Program-made: the position numbers and the translations under genes | From: Mustelus asterias | Lineage: Eukaryota | Direction of reading: 5' to 3' | Assembly: GCF_964213995.1 (NCBI RefSeq) | Contig: NC_135802.1 | Span: 99,572,001-99,636,000 of the forward strand | DNA: 64,000 bases | Notes under the pieces: model-generated | What the model was told of the DNA's origin: nothing | The model's input: only the letters and a program-made list of their open reading frames with translations | Databases searched by the model: none | Part shown: positions 52,225-64,000 of the stretch, in pieces | How positions within the stretch are numbered: position 1 is the first letter of the stretch | How the letters are laid out: the number at the start of each line of letters is the position of its first letter

Positions 52225-52990
52225 CTCAAGTAACAGACCATCTCATATAAAAGTCGACCCCCAACTTTTGGCCAAAAAATCCTTAATTTTTCCATATACC
52301 TCAATTCACATTATTCATTAAAATAGCACAATACTTGTAAATTATTCATTAAAACAAGACTGGCATAACAGTTTCCAACGATGCAACCCTTCCCATTCCT
52401 TCCTTTCCCCCGGGCAGCATGGAAACTGCATGCCCAGTCCACGTTGCCACTTTCTCCCCTGGGCTGGCGGCATGGGGGGAGGCTCCCTGAAGCAGGAGCA
52501 AAACCGACTGAAACCTCACCAAAGAATGGATTTGGTTTCAATGCCTGTATGAGATTTTGGTGGGAACACCATGTTGACGGGTCATTCCGTTTGCCTGAAC
52601 ACCGGTTGACCAAAGTGGATCAATCTAGACTAGAGTGTCATGCTACCTCAGAAACTGGGAACCCCATGACCAGTTCAAAGTTCATGGGATTAGAAAAAAT
52701 AATCTAGGCGATGGATTAGCTATCTGCCACACAAAGGACTGATTAAACCCTGGCATTGTGTTTGAAAGCAAATAAAGATTCTACACTTCAGGACTGTTCA
52801 TAGACACACATACCCAAATAATGAAAGGGCTGATAGGGTGTTTCCAGGTGTTTCAGCGATGGCTTTCCCCATTACCTTTTAGTTAAAAATAATCCTCTCA
52901 AAAACATTATCCATATAAAAGTCAACCCCCTAACATTTTGCCTGAAAAAATGGGTCTCAAAACTTCAATTTTTATCTGAGATTACACGTT
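52225..52990 (-). mobile_element. Possible pogo/Tigger-like DNA transposon relic
   Basis: Repeated ATATAAAAGTC(G/A)ACCCCC sub-terminal motifs at about 52244 and 52912, typical of Tc1/pogo-type ends. No intact ORF. Confidence 0.35.
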
Positions 52991-53616
52991 ATTTAAATGC
53001 TCTGACACAAGCGGAGTTCTGATGAATGGATATTGATCTATAACATTAATTCTATTTCTCTCTCCACAGATGCTGCCAGACCTGAGTATTTTCAGCATTT
53101 TTTTTCAAATACTTTCCTGATTTGTTTCTCATCGATAAACTTAAATGCATCCAAACATAAGCTGTCCAGATCCTATCCTGTCTCATGTCTTCATCAATCC
53201 CATCTTGTTCATACACAATGACAATCAAACCCGAACACTTCTTTGTGTTTAAAACTCCCTTTGGTCCTCCGGTTTCCTGTCTTTCTAACATTTTCTAGGT
53301 TTACAGCTTTTCCTGTCCTCCCCATTGAAGTTCGCTTGTCCTTTCTGCCCACCAGGGCCATCCAGTGTCTTCAGTCACCAGGAACCACACTCTGGAATTC
53401 ACTCCTTAAATCTTTGCCTCTCCACCATTCTGTGGCTTATAAGATCTTTCTTAAAAGCAACCTCTGATTTCCTTTTGCTGTTTTCTAATATCTTGTTATT
53501 TGGCTCTGCATTTTAATTTTGCTTCAATGAAGTGCTATGGTGGGTGCTGTGCTACAATAAGTCACTCTATAATGCAAGTTATTGATTATGAGGATGAGGG
53601 TGAAGAAAAAGATATA

Positions 53617-54593
53617 GGGCGGAATTCTCCCAAAAAATTCTAATTGTCGGATTTGTGTGAAAACTGGAGTAATTCACGCTGTTTGTTTTGTGGGAGTTCA
53701 GAGAAGAATCTCCCACACTTTGTGCATTGCAGAGATCACTAGCGTGTATATCATTATAAAGTTGTGGGCGTGGCCTATTCCCGCCCGAGAGGCCGGCTGT
53801 ACAGTGCTGAATGGGCCATTGTGCATGTGCCGATCTGTCAGTGCCAAGATCGGCGCATGCGCAGTAGCCCTGCACTGTTGGCCTCCTGACTGCTGGCCAG
53901 CTCGATCGCTGGACAGCCCCGTGATCCTCACAGCGCCAGCCCTCCGCCCCCGCCATGGCCCAATTGCTGGTCCCCCGACCATTTCCGGGCCAGTCCTGAA
54001 CACTCCCCAACCCGCCCTGATCTCCAGCCCCCGCCCCACTCCCCCTCCCCCACGGACAGTTAGCCGCCTCCCCACAACCGCAGCCTGTCCCGGACACTGG
54101 CCTCTTTCCTTTCCGCATTGATGCCGTCTGCAGAGTGGCAGCTGATGCCCCTGGGCATTGACACTTCGCCCCTTGGGCACTGCCAGGGTGCCAATGCCCA
54201 GGGGGCACAAACCCCCACTCCCCAATCCTCTGGGGGGCCTCGATTGCCCCCTCTTCACTCTATTGGGGTCGGGCCTCTAGTTCCCCGAAAGTAGGGAGCT
54301 ACTGTAATCCCCGCTGGAGTGAACCACTCTGGCGGGAGGGAGATGCTAGCAGGCCTGGAGATTTCAGTCCCCGGCCTGCTAATCTCATTTAAATGATATT
54401 CAAATAACTATTTAAATTATTTCCACGTCTCCCCACTGATTTCTAGCGTGGAGCTGACGCCGCCCGAAATCCGGCGCTGGGAGACACTATCATGGCAGGA
54501 ACACATGCACGAACCCTGCGAATCAGCCAACGCGAGAATCGCCTGGCCCGCTGCACTAAAAAATTAGCACAGCAGGATGGGAGCATTGCGACC
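53617..54593. mobile_element. Harbinger-type MITE, second family
   Basis: Termini GGGCGGAATTCTCCC and GGGAGCATTGCGACC. Flanks ATA/ATG. CpG-rich interior. Related truncated copies at about 55665-56320 and 37920-38320. Confidence 0.7.
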
Positions 54594-55664
54594 ATGAGAT
54601 CTAGATCTCAGCTCAAGTTCAAATAAAAATCTGAGGATGTGAAAATGTTTTTCAGCCTGAGATAGTGTCAGCAGAGCTGAATGGAGTCAGGCAGAGAAAT
54701 AGTTTGTGGTGGAGTTGAAGACAGACCAAGGCTCTTCCAAGATATCTGGTGTAAACATGAAGGATGCTTAGAACACTATTTCGATATTGACTGGGTAATA
54801 ACTGTTTCCATTTCCCGGCTATATATTCGTGGTTTATCTGATGTTACCTGAATGGCCACATGTTGCATTTGGTGCCTTGCACCCTTGGGAAGCTGTCAAT
54901 TTCAAAGAAGCCTTGCGGTCTCGATGTCTGCCACTGTGGCTTAATGCCGAGGAATACACAGCACACTTAGTATATTAGCAAAACCCTGGTGACATTCTGA
55001 ATGCATTCATACAATGATGGACGATTCACTTCTGCCAAATCCCCAGTGGCAGATTGACAGGACCTTAATCATAAAAATTCAGAGCTGCGGTCTCCTTTAC
55101 AGTTGATTGCTCCTTCAACTGAGGAGACATAAGATGAGACAACACTAACAGCTTGGGTAATCGCAGATGTAGCACACAGCACTCTGAATTTAAATCCAGG
55201 TGGTAGCTGCAGTAGATGCATTCCCCTGGGTGTCTGGTGCCAAGAGCTATCGGGTTTTGTGCGTTTGTGCTCAATTTCAGTGCTCTGATTTCTTTGTCAA
55301 TACACCAGATACAAACCAACACCAGCAATGCTGAATGCTGCCACTATCTTGCTCTGGTCAAACGAGGAACAAACAGTAATTGAAACTTAGAACTGGAATT
55401 TACAGCAGAGCAGAGATATTTGGCCAGATTTTCCAGCCCTCCATGATGGATCCCACTGCAAGCGTGCAGTGGAACAGCCAAAAAGTCCATTGAGCTTTGG
55501 CAGGACCTGAAGATCCAGGTGGTGGCTGGGGCCAGAAGATCACAGTCGTTGGAACCTGAAATGCGACAAAGATTAACTAAACTTAAAACGTTCCTAAATA
55601 TTGTTTCGGTTCCACTATGTAGCTGAGGGGAAAATCCAACTTGCTCAAATTTTGACAAAGATTC

Positions 55665-56320
55665 GCAGGGCGATTCTCCCCAAAAAATTCTAAGTATCAC
55701 ATTTGCATAAAAACTGGAGTAAATCCCTCTGCAATTTTCAGTGGGAGTTTCAAAATGAATCTCCCACACAGAGTCCTAGTGTGAATCGTGCAAGAAAATC
55801 AGGGGCAGGGCCTATCCCCGCTGGTGAGGCGGCAGAATAGCGCTGAGCCGGCCATTCGGCGTACACCCATCTGCCATAGCTGAGATTGGCACATACGCAG
55901 TAGCCCCGCACTGCCGGCTTCCCAATCGCTGGCCAACTCAATTGCTAGCCAACCCCGCAACCCTGCATCGCTGCCCCTCTGACCCCCGCACGGCCCAATC
56001 GCTGGCTCCCCAAACATGTCTGGGCTAGCCACAACCACGCCCCCCCCCCCACCCCCCCCCCCCCCCCCCCCCAGTAGTTGCAATATCCGCCACCCCCCCT
56101 CCAGCCCTGACCCTCCCCCACCCTGGCAAGCTGAACCACCCCCCCACCCCAATCCCCAGCCCGATCGCTGGCCTCCCTCCCTCTGTCACTGATCCCTCTG
56201 CAGACTGGCAGTGGGACTTCCCACCCCACAATGTCCTCCCCAATATGCCCCACCCCTCTGGCCCCAGCCCCTTGGCTCTGCCAAGGCTGGGCTGGGAGAA
56301 ATGCCCCCTTGGACTTTGCT
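55665..56320. mobile_element. Truncated copy of the 53617 MITE family
   Basis: GGGCGATTCTCCCAAAAAATTCTAAGT...AAAACTGGAGTAA is colinear with 53617 onward. Cut off by a CR1 tail at about 56323. Confidence 0.7.
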
Positions 56321-56699
56321 TTCATAAGAACATAAGAAATAGGAGCAGGAGAAAGCATACATCCCTTTGAGTCTGCTCCTCCATTCAGTCTGACCATGCC
56401 TGACCTTGGGCTTCAACTCCATTTTCCCATTTGCTCCAATGCCCCTGGATTCCCTGAAAGATTGAAAATCTCTCCCAGCATTGAATATACTCAACGATGG
56501 GGCATCTACAGCCATCTAGGGTATAGAATTTCAAAGGTTCACTACCCTATGCGCAGACCTTTGCATGGTGAGGGTTTCGTTTTTAGCATTTTGACATTCA
56601 AACATTTAAGAACATTGAAGATCGATATAATGTAGCTGTAAAGGGAAAAGGTAAAAAGAAAAGCAACTCTTAATGAAATGTCCATTAACTCCAGTTTTA

Positions 56700-59590
56700 A
56701 AATAGTTCATTGCAAACTGACCCCGACTCATTGATACTTTCTCATGAGACCAATGATTTCGTTGTGCATGCGCTGTGGAGCACCCATACCCCAGATGAAA
56801 TCCAGTCAGAGAGAGCACCTCCTCTGAGGAGGAGAACAGAGACAGTGGAGGCCAGGTGGTCACAGGCATCACCCTGGAGCAGAGGAGCAGACACAGGGTG
56901 TTTAGGGTCAACAGAAGGGCAAGGAGGCCCTACAGAAGATGCCACTAACCAGCTGCCACTTTGACATGACTGAGGTCTGGTGCTGCAGGAGGCTACAGTT
57001 TTCAAGGAAAGCCGTCATGACCATCTGTCAGATGATCTGCCCGGAGATGACCATCAATTGTGTGGGTGGATACCCAATGCCCGTGGCTCACAAGATCATT
57101 GTTGCACTTAACTTTAATGCCTCCGGATCCTTCCTATGGGGATCTTTGCGGAGTCTCGCAGTCAGCTATACATACACATGTGTCAATTTGGTGACTGACA
57201 CCCTTCTCAGATGGCTAAGAACATTCATTCATTTCAGGATCAATCAATTCAGCCAGGCTGAGCGAGCCAGCAGCTTCACTACAATTGCAGAGATTCCCCT
57301 GGATTCAGGGTGCCACCGATTGCCCCATGTGTCCATCAAAGCATCAGCTAGCCAGCCGGGTGCCTTTGTGAACAGGAAGGGGTTTCACTTCATGAATGTT
57401 CAGATAGTTTGTGACCACAAGACCCAGAATCCACAGATCTGTGCAAGGTACCCTGGCACTCCCATGATGTCAACATTCTACACCACTCACAACTTCCAAG
57501 GTTGTTCACGGCTCCGGTACGCCTTGATGGATGGTTGCTTGGTGACAAAGAGTATCCCTTGAAAAGGTGGCTGGTGATGCCTCTCAGGCATCTGAGGACA
57601 GAGGCAGAGGGGAGATACAATCTCAGCCACAGATCCACAAGGGCGATGGCGGAGAGGACCATTGGCCTGCAGTTCCGATGCCTGGAGCACTCCAGGGCGC
57701 TCTGCAGTATCCATCAGAGAAAGTGTTGCTTATCATGGTTGTCTGCTGTGCTCTTCACAATTCCGCTTTCTCCAGAGTGATCTACTAGACCAGGCAGACA
57801 CTGAGGCAGGTGCATATGACCCAGAGGAGGAAACTAAAAATGACTCATCTGCAGAGCCCGAGCAGCCAAAGGGCAGGAGCAAAGAAATGAGGAACTTTCA
57901 GGGAGGCAGGGACATCAGGGAGGCCTCGATTCAGAGTTTTTTCAGCCAGGCTGCCCTGTCTTCCATCTGAGTTCATGGACAGCACCTCCATCCCAACCAG
58001 CTCACACGTAACCATTCCAGGAGCCCAGTGCAGCATCATAGCCTTAGTAATAATGCTTGATGGCCCATGTCTCTCACTAAACACTGATGAGGCTAACACT
58101 AAATGAATACACAGGACATGGCTTCTGAGAAATTAATAAGTTATGGTGATAACATTAACAGTAAACAAAGCAAAAACATCCAATCTAAACTTAAGTAATA
58201 GGAAAGAAAACACAAGCATCCAGTGCAAACCCTTGGCTGTGCTCAGTGTCTTAAGCTACCATTTGCAGGTGCTACGTCTAGCCACCACTCACCCAGCCCG
58301 CTCCAACTCGCTGACGGTGACATTAGAGGCAGCTTGTAGATGACATTGGCGGTCGTCCTCTTGCTGGTGGAGCCTGAGCAGGCACCGCTGGGCAGAGTGC
58401 GTTCAGCAACATGGCTGGGCACTCCTCAGTTGCCATGGATTCTGAGGATGGTGCAGTGAGTGGCAGAGAAGCAAAGGAGCTACAGCCCTTGTTCGGGGTG
58501 CCATGAGAGGACACCCCAGAGACAATAGCCAGCTCATCCACCATTGGGAGGTTTGTCTTGACCTCTCTGCTAGCAAATGAAGGATGGGCACCCATCTGAG
58601 AGTCTGGGTGCCGCACCTTTAATAGTGACCTCCTGGAGTCAGTGTTTGTGTGAGGGCTTGCAGGTCCGAGTGAAACCCCTGGAACCCTTCATTCCATTCC
58701 CAGAGCTGTTTCTCCACAAGAGTCAGCATTCTGTCAATGGATGAGGCTGTGCACATGGTACCACGGGTCAATGCAGCGCTTGTGCTCAGCAAGGACTCCT
58801 CCATGACAGAGATTATGGACGCAGACCCTCAGGGAACTCCCCAGATCTCCCCGTGCATCCCTCTGGACTCCCAACATCTGACACCTAATAGACGACTCTA
58901 GAAACTCATCACCTTTCTCGGACTCAGCATGGTCCTGGTCTCTAGCACTCCTCCAAATGCCAGCACCCTGTGCACTCCCTATCTCCACCATCTGCTCAAG
59001 CGAGCGTGATGTGCCCTCATCATTGTGCACTACCAACTCCATCCCTCAGCAAGAGCGTGCACTTCCTGATTGTCACCACCTCCACAAAGGCTCACAGCCA
59101 CTTATTGGAGGAACAGGGTGCTTGCTGCCCAGCTAAGATACACCCCCGTCCTCCCCCCAACCTGGTGTGACTTCCAGCTGCCACCATTAGCTCCCTCTGG
59201 CTCCTCTGTTGCCTTCAGAGGCCTCTGGGAGCCACCTTTAATCTTTGCATTGGGTTGCTATTGGACCTATTGCCCGCCCACTGACCTGCTGACCTGATGT
59301 GGACATGACATTCTTGGCAGTCCAGGCTTTCTGAGGATAAATGAATTATGGCAATGCCAGGATAGCAGGAATAGATATGTAAAAATTGTTTGCAGTGATC
59401 ATAGAGGACATGCAGGTACAGGGACTGATAACTCTTGCAGTTCATGTATGTCTCAACACATAGGGTGCCAGTTCGCCACGTGTGTGCAGTCGACTACATC
59501 CTGCACCTGAGGGAATCCTGAGACCATAGCAAATCCTGTTACCTTCTGTGTTTGCGCCGCACTATCTGTGCCAAAGGAAATTGTGCCCCA
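56700..59590. mobile_element. Degenerate autonomous Harbinger element (transposase plus a convergent accessory-ORF remnant at about 58320-59320)
   Basis: Transposase relic on the + strand. Broken coiled-coil-like minus-strand ORFs converge on it, as expected for the Myb/SANT accessory gene, although no Myb domain is recognisable. Possible right TIR GGAAATTGTGCCC near 59576-59588. Boundaries are approximate. Confidence 0.55.
56900..57800 (+). pseudogene. Frameshifted PIF/Harbinger (HARBI1-like, DDE_Tnp_4) transposase
   Basis: Motifs VALNFNASGSF, FVNRKGFHFMNVQIVCD, ICARYPG, WLLGDKEYPL, YNLSHRSTRAMAERTIG and VCCALHN, spread over three frames. Confidence 0.9.
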
Positions 59591-61794
59591 ACCTGGTAAA
59601 AAGGACATCAGTTAACTGATGGATGCAGCTGTGGGCTGTGGACTGTGAGATCCCTCTTTCAATTGGTCAGTTGCAGAGCTTTGGAAAGAACTGGTTGCAA
59701 AGAAATTGAGGGTTGCAGTCACCTTAAAGGCCACTGGGAGAGAATGTTCTGGTTTCCCCTTGGCTGGAGGCCTTCACAAAAGTATGCAATGCGAAGCCAC
59801 AAATTAAGATATGTTACTTATTCTTTACCATTGGGACCCATACTTCCCTAGACCTTTCTATATTCCTAGCAATCATCAAATTCAATTCCATGAGACATTT
59901 GTCTTTGTTACAGTTTCTGCTATGCACATAATGCACAAAATAAAGGTTCAGATTCTTTTAAGCATATCTGTTGAAAGACAAGGGCATCCATCAGCTTGAC
60001 AAGGAAATAGTAATTTAAAACCAGGAAGTAATTTGTTTTTGGCATGTAAGTGACACTGACAAGGCTGTGTTCACTGCACATTTCTTGTTGCTCAGTCGAG
60101 ATAGAAGTGAGCTTTCTCCCTGAACACGCCACAGTTCTGTGGTAAAGATTTCACTTTGGTGGGGTGAGGAACAGATTTCCAAAATATTTACCCAGCGATG
60201 ATCAAGGAATGGTGATATGCGTCTAAATCAGAATGGTGTGTGACTTGGAGGAGAAATTAGAAGTGATTCTCCCCCAGGATATTATTGTTCCTGTCCTTAT
60301 CAGAGGTAGAGGCCACAGGGGAGGGAGGTACTGTCAAAGGGAGTTTGGGAATTGCTGGTGCATCCTGTGGTTAATGGATATTGCAGTGATGGCAAACTGG
60401 TGAAGGAGGAGATGGATATTGAATCCAGTGAGAGGCTACCAATCCAGTGAAGCGTTCTGATCAGGCTGATGTCAGGTTTCTTGAGTATTGTTGCCCAAGT
60501 GAGTGCTGAGTATTCCATCATTCTCCTGATTTAAGCTTATACAGGGTTGAGAAGCTCTTAGGGGTCAGGAGGGGAGTCATAGTGTTTCCAGCCTTTGTCC
60601 TGCTTTCGTAGCCACAATGTTGATGTGGCTGGTCCAGTTCAATATCGGGTTGGTGGTATCCCACAAGATGTTGATGATAGGGCAGTGATATCTAGGTCCT
60701 GCTGTAGGCTGACGCAGGCTGCTTCATTATTGAAGGAGTTGTGAATGGAGCTGAACATTGTGTAATTATTCGCTAAAAACCCAACTCCTTTGTTTATGAC
60801 AGAGGGGAAGTTATTGACAAAATCAAATATTCTCCTATGAGGAACTTCTGCGCTGATATCCTAGGGTCATGACTAGTGGCCTCCAACAACCACAACCATC
60901 TTCCTTTGAAAAGTTTCCTTTTACCCTCAGTGACCTCAGTTTTGCTATGCTCTTTGGTACCATGTTTGGTCAAATGCACCAAGTGCAGCTCTCATCCCTT
61001 CTCTGGCGTTGTTTTAGCACCACGTCTGAATTGTTATGAGATCTGGAATCCAGTAGTTCAGATGGAACTTGGACTGAGTGTCAGTGAATAGGTTATCAGT
61101 GAGTGGGTGTCATCTAATGGCATCATTGAAGATACCTTTCATCATTTTAATTATGATTAAAGAGAGCCTGATAGGATGGTAATTGACTGATTTACATTAA
61201 TCTGCCTTTTTTTGTGGATGAGACATTGTTGGCACAATGCCAATGTTGTAGCTGTACTGATACAGCTTGACTTGAGAAGCAGCTAATTCAAATGCACAGA
61301 CCTTTAGTATTACACCTGGGATGTAGTCAGGGTCCATAGTGTTGAATTCTTTATTACTGAGGAGTATCCACAAGAACTCACTCCACAGACAAGCATCAGG
61401 GAACACAGGTATTTATTGCAATCTTACTCGCTCCACAATCCAAATGACAACTGCCCTCTCAGAGCAGTCCCCGGGCAGATCTCCCCACACCTCGGGTCAT
61501 CTGACCCATTCCCTTAAAGGGGCTACGCCCCAACATACATAACACATAGCCCATCGTTTGTATATATTATCCAGCAAGTACTAATTGCTAGTATTAGCAA
61601 ACATTGAGGCTCAACAAACAAGCAAAGGCTGAAAAAAGATAGAGGCCGGAAGGTTACGGCCATTCATGCCGGTGGGGCTTTCCCATCCCGCTGCAGTGAA
61701 CGGAGATTTTGCTCTCACCAAATTCTCTGACCTCACTGCAGCGGGAGCGTGGCATGAACGCATGGCATGAACATAAGATCGCACGCAAAGTTTT

Positions 61795-62030
61795 TTGTTG
61801 AAGCTTTTTGTCTTACACTCATCAGGATAATTCACAAGAATACCCAATGGAAGAGAAAACAACAAATTTATACTGTATGAGAAGAGAAGAGTGCTGATTG
61901 GTTGGTCAGGGTCTACTTGCCAATCAATCAGCACACTTTTCTCATAAAGTGTTGCTTTCCCCTTGCATTGGTATTCTTGTGAAATGTCCTGATGAGCGCA
62001 AGACAAAAACTGTCTCTTTTCAGCAATATT
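61795..62030. mobile_element. Palindromic Penelope-like element, family C, with decayed hammerhead cores on both strands
   Basis: GTCCTGATGAGCGCAAGACAAAAACT on the + strand and ATCCTGATGAGTGTAAGACAAAAAGCTT on the - strand. Inverted arms ...CACAAGAATACC... and ...GGTATTCTTGTG... Confidence 0.6.
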
Positions 62031-62239
62031 CAAATTCTGTGCTGCTGCCAAAAGACAAGAAACATCAAGATGGCAAATAATAATGTACTAAATTCCAATA
62101 AATAACTACAAAATGTCAACAAAGAATTTGAAATGTCTGTTGTGTTCTTCATGAAATAGAAGCAGAAAATGCTGGAAATACTCAGCAGGTCTGCAAACAT
62201 CTGTGGAGAGAGAAACAGAGTTAACATTTTAGGTAGTGA

Positions 62240-62778
62240 TTTGATCTGATTTGATTTGATTTATTATTGTCACATGTATTAACATACAGTGAAAAATATT
62301 GTTTCTTGCGCGCTATACAGACAAAGCATACCGTTCATAGAGAAGGAAACGAGAGAGTGCGGAATGTAGTGTTACAGTCACGGCTAGGGTGTAGAGAAAG
62401 ATCAACTTAATGCAAGGTAAGTCCATTCAAAAGTCGGACAGCAGCAGGGAAGAAGCTGTTCTTGAGTCAGTTGGTACGTGACCTCAGACTTTTGTATCTT
62501 TTTCCCAAAGGAAGAAGGTGGAAGAGAGAATGTCCAGGGTGCATGGGGTCCTTAATTATGCTGGCTGCTTTGCTGAGGCAGCGGGAAGTGTAGACTGAGT
62601 CAATGGATGGGAGGCTGGTTTGCGTGATGGATTGGGCTGCATACACGGCCTTTTGTAGTTCCTTGCGGTCTTGGGCAGAGCAGGAGCCATACCAAGCTGT
62701 GATACAACCAGAAAGAATGCTTTCTATGGTGCACCTGTAAAAGTTGGTGAGAGTCATGGCTGACATGCCAAATTTCCT
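62240..62778 (-). mobile_element. Rex1/Babar-clade LINE 3' fragment
   Basis: NFYRCTIESILSGCITAWYG...IIKDP.HPGHSLF.LLP.GKRY. (AAATC)n tail. Confidence 0.85.
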
Positions 62779-64000
62779 TTTCATCGGAAGCATTTCATGA
62801 ATCTCAATACTATTATATATATGTAGATATAATACCTTTCTCCAAGTCAACTAGCTGCTCCTGTAAATCATATTTTGTTTACTTTATATGACTGCAGCAA
62901 TCTTCTGTATTATTTTCTGAAAGCAAAATACACCAAACTAAGTACTTTCTGATTCCTTAACCCACCCCTCACCCACCCACGCACGTGCACGCACGCACAC
63001 ACACACACACACCTTTTTGAAAATGTTTTCATTATAAATCAGAAAATGGTTAAAGGCAATTGGGAATCTCTTACATTCTCCATACTTCTAAATCCAACAC
63101 TGCCCACTACAGGAACAACAGAATGGATTACATTGTTTGCGTAAGCATTACTGCTATTAGCTTAAAGCCAAGCAATTTACAACTGTTCAGCAAAGCAATA
63201 AAAGCGTCATCATATTGTCGTGTTGAGGGAGAGATCAGCTGCTAGTGCAGATGATAATGGCAGCCTAATGACATTAAATTGTCCTTTGTGACAACTTCAT
63301 GGGATTTGAAATGCTACTAATTCCCACATGATGAAATTAGTAGCATCTCAGTACAGTTGACTGGTCTCAGCTGTGCCTTCTCTGAAAAGCTACACAATGT
63401 GCAAACCACGTGACCTTGGTGTTATACAAACACACTTTGCACTGACAGGCTGTCCTGGTTAGTAACAATCAGCTTTTATCAATTACTTAACCTTAAGGAA
63501 CAGTTTCTGTGCTATCTTTTTTCCACATCATTGTGTCTTGTCATGACTACCACACAGAAGGCAATTTGATGAAATGTTGAGAAACTGTTTATTTTGTGAC
63601 ATTAGAGCTAAAAACTGAACAACGTTAATATCTCATGAACTAAAAGACTGTCAATAAAATTAAAAATAATCACAACTTGCTTATCAAAGGGTTACTGTTG
63701 AACATAGTGTAACCACTGTCAGAGATAAAGGGAAAAAGAATGATTTGCATGGATGTAACAACTTGCATAACCTAAGGACACCCATGTGCTTTACAGCCAA
63801 TGAAATAGTTTTGAAATGTAAGTCACTGTTACCATAAAGCAGCACGGCAGCCAATTTGCACACAGGGCCCTCCCACAAGTGATCATCACCAGATTATCTT
63901 TTTTTTAAATTATGTTAATTGAGACATAACACTGGGGATAACTGCTTTTCTTCAGAATAATGCTGTGGGTTATTTTACATCCGTCGTAAAGAGCAGGCAG

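Noticed and set aside
53579-56515. Long GC-rich ORFs of 109-209 aa, and similar ORFs at 46501-47132
   Set aside because: They overlap on both strands within GC-rich MITEs, are low-complexity Gly/Pro sequence and contain no domains.

Overview
AT-rich, repeat-dense eukaryotic DNA, most likely from a cartilaginous fish (shark). This is inferred from HE1/V-SINE-like SINEs and CR1/HER1-type LINE tails. The only host gene I can support is the 3' half of a UBE2E-family ubiquitin-conjugating enzyme (three + strand coding exons, 12035-18116), followed by a long repeat-poor 3'UTR region. The rest is mostly transposon debris: CR1, L2, Rex1/Babar and RTE LINEs, Gypsy gag and a possible LTR, PIF/Harbinger transposase relics and MITEs, and tRNA-derived SINEs. 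Three things stand out. (1) A Harbinger-type non-autonomous element with intact TIRs and a 3-bp TSD (41956-43823) carries an intronless, intact RPL39 copy with a TOP-like 5'UTR plus a strict-register 27-bp repeat, and an empty sibling element sits 2.5 kb away. (2) Several families of ~200-bp palindromic retroelements carry minimal hammerhead-ribozyme cores (Penelope-like); the best-preserved family has 12-14-bp TSDs. (3) A U2-snRNA-headed repeat has tandem hairpins that keep their structure while changing sequence, and a diverged relative lies nearby. Repeat boundaries are read by eye and family names come from motif recognition, not database searches.
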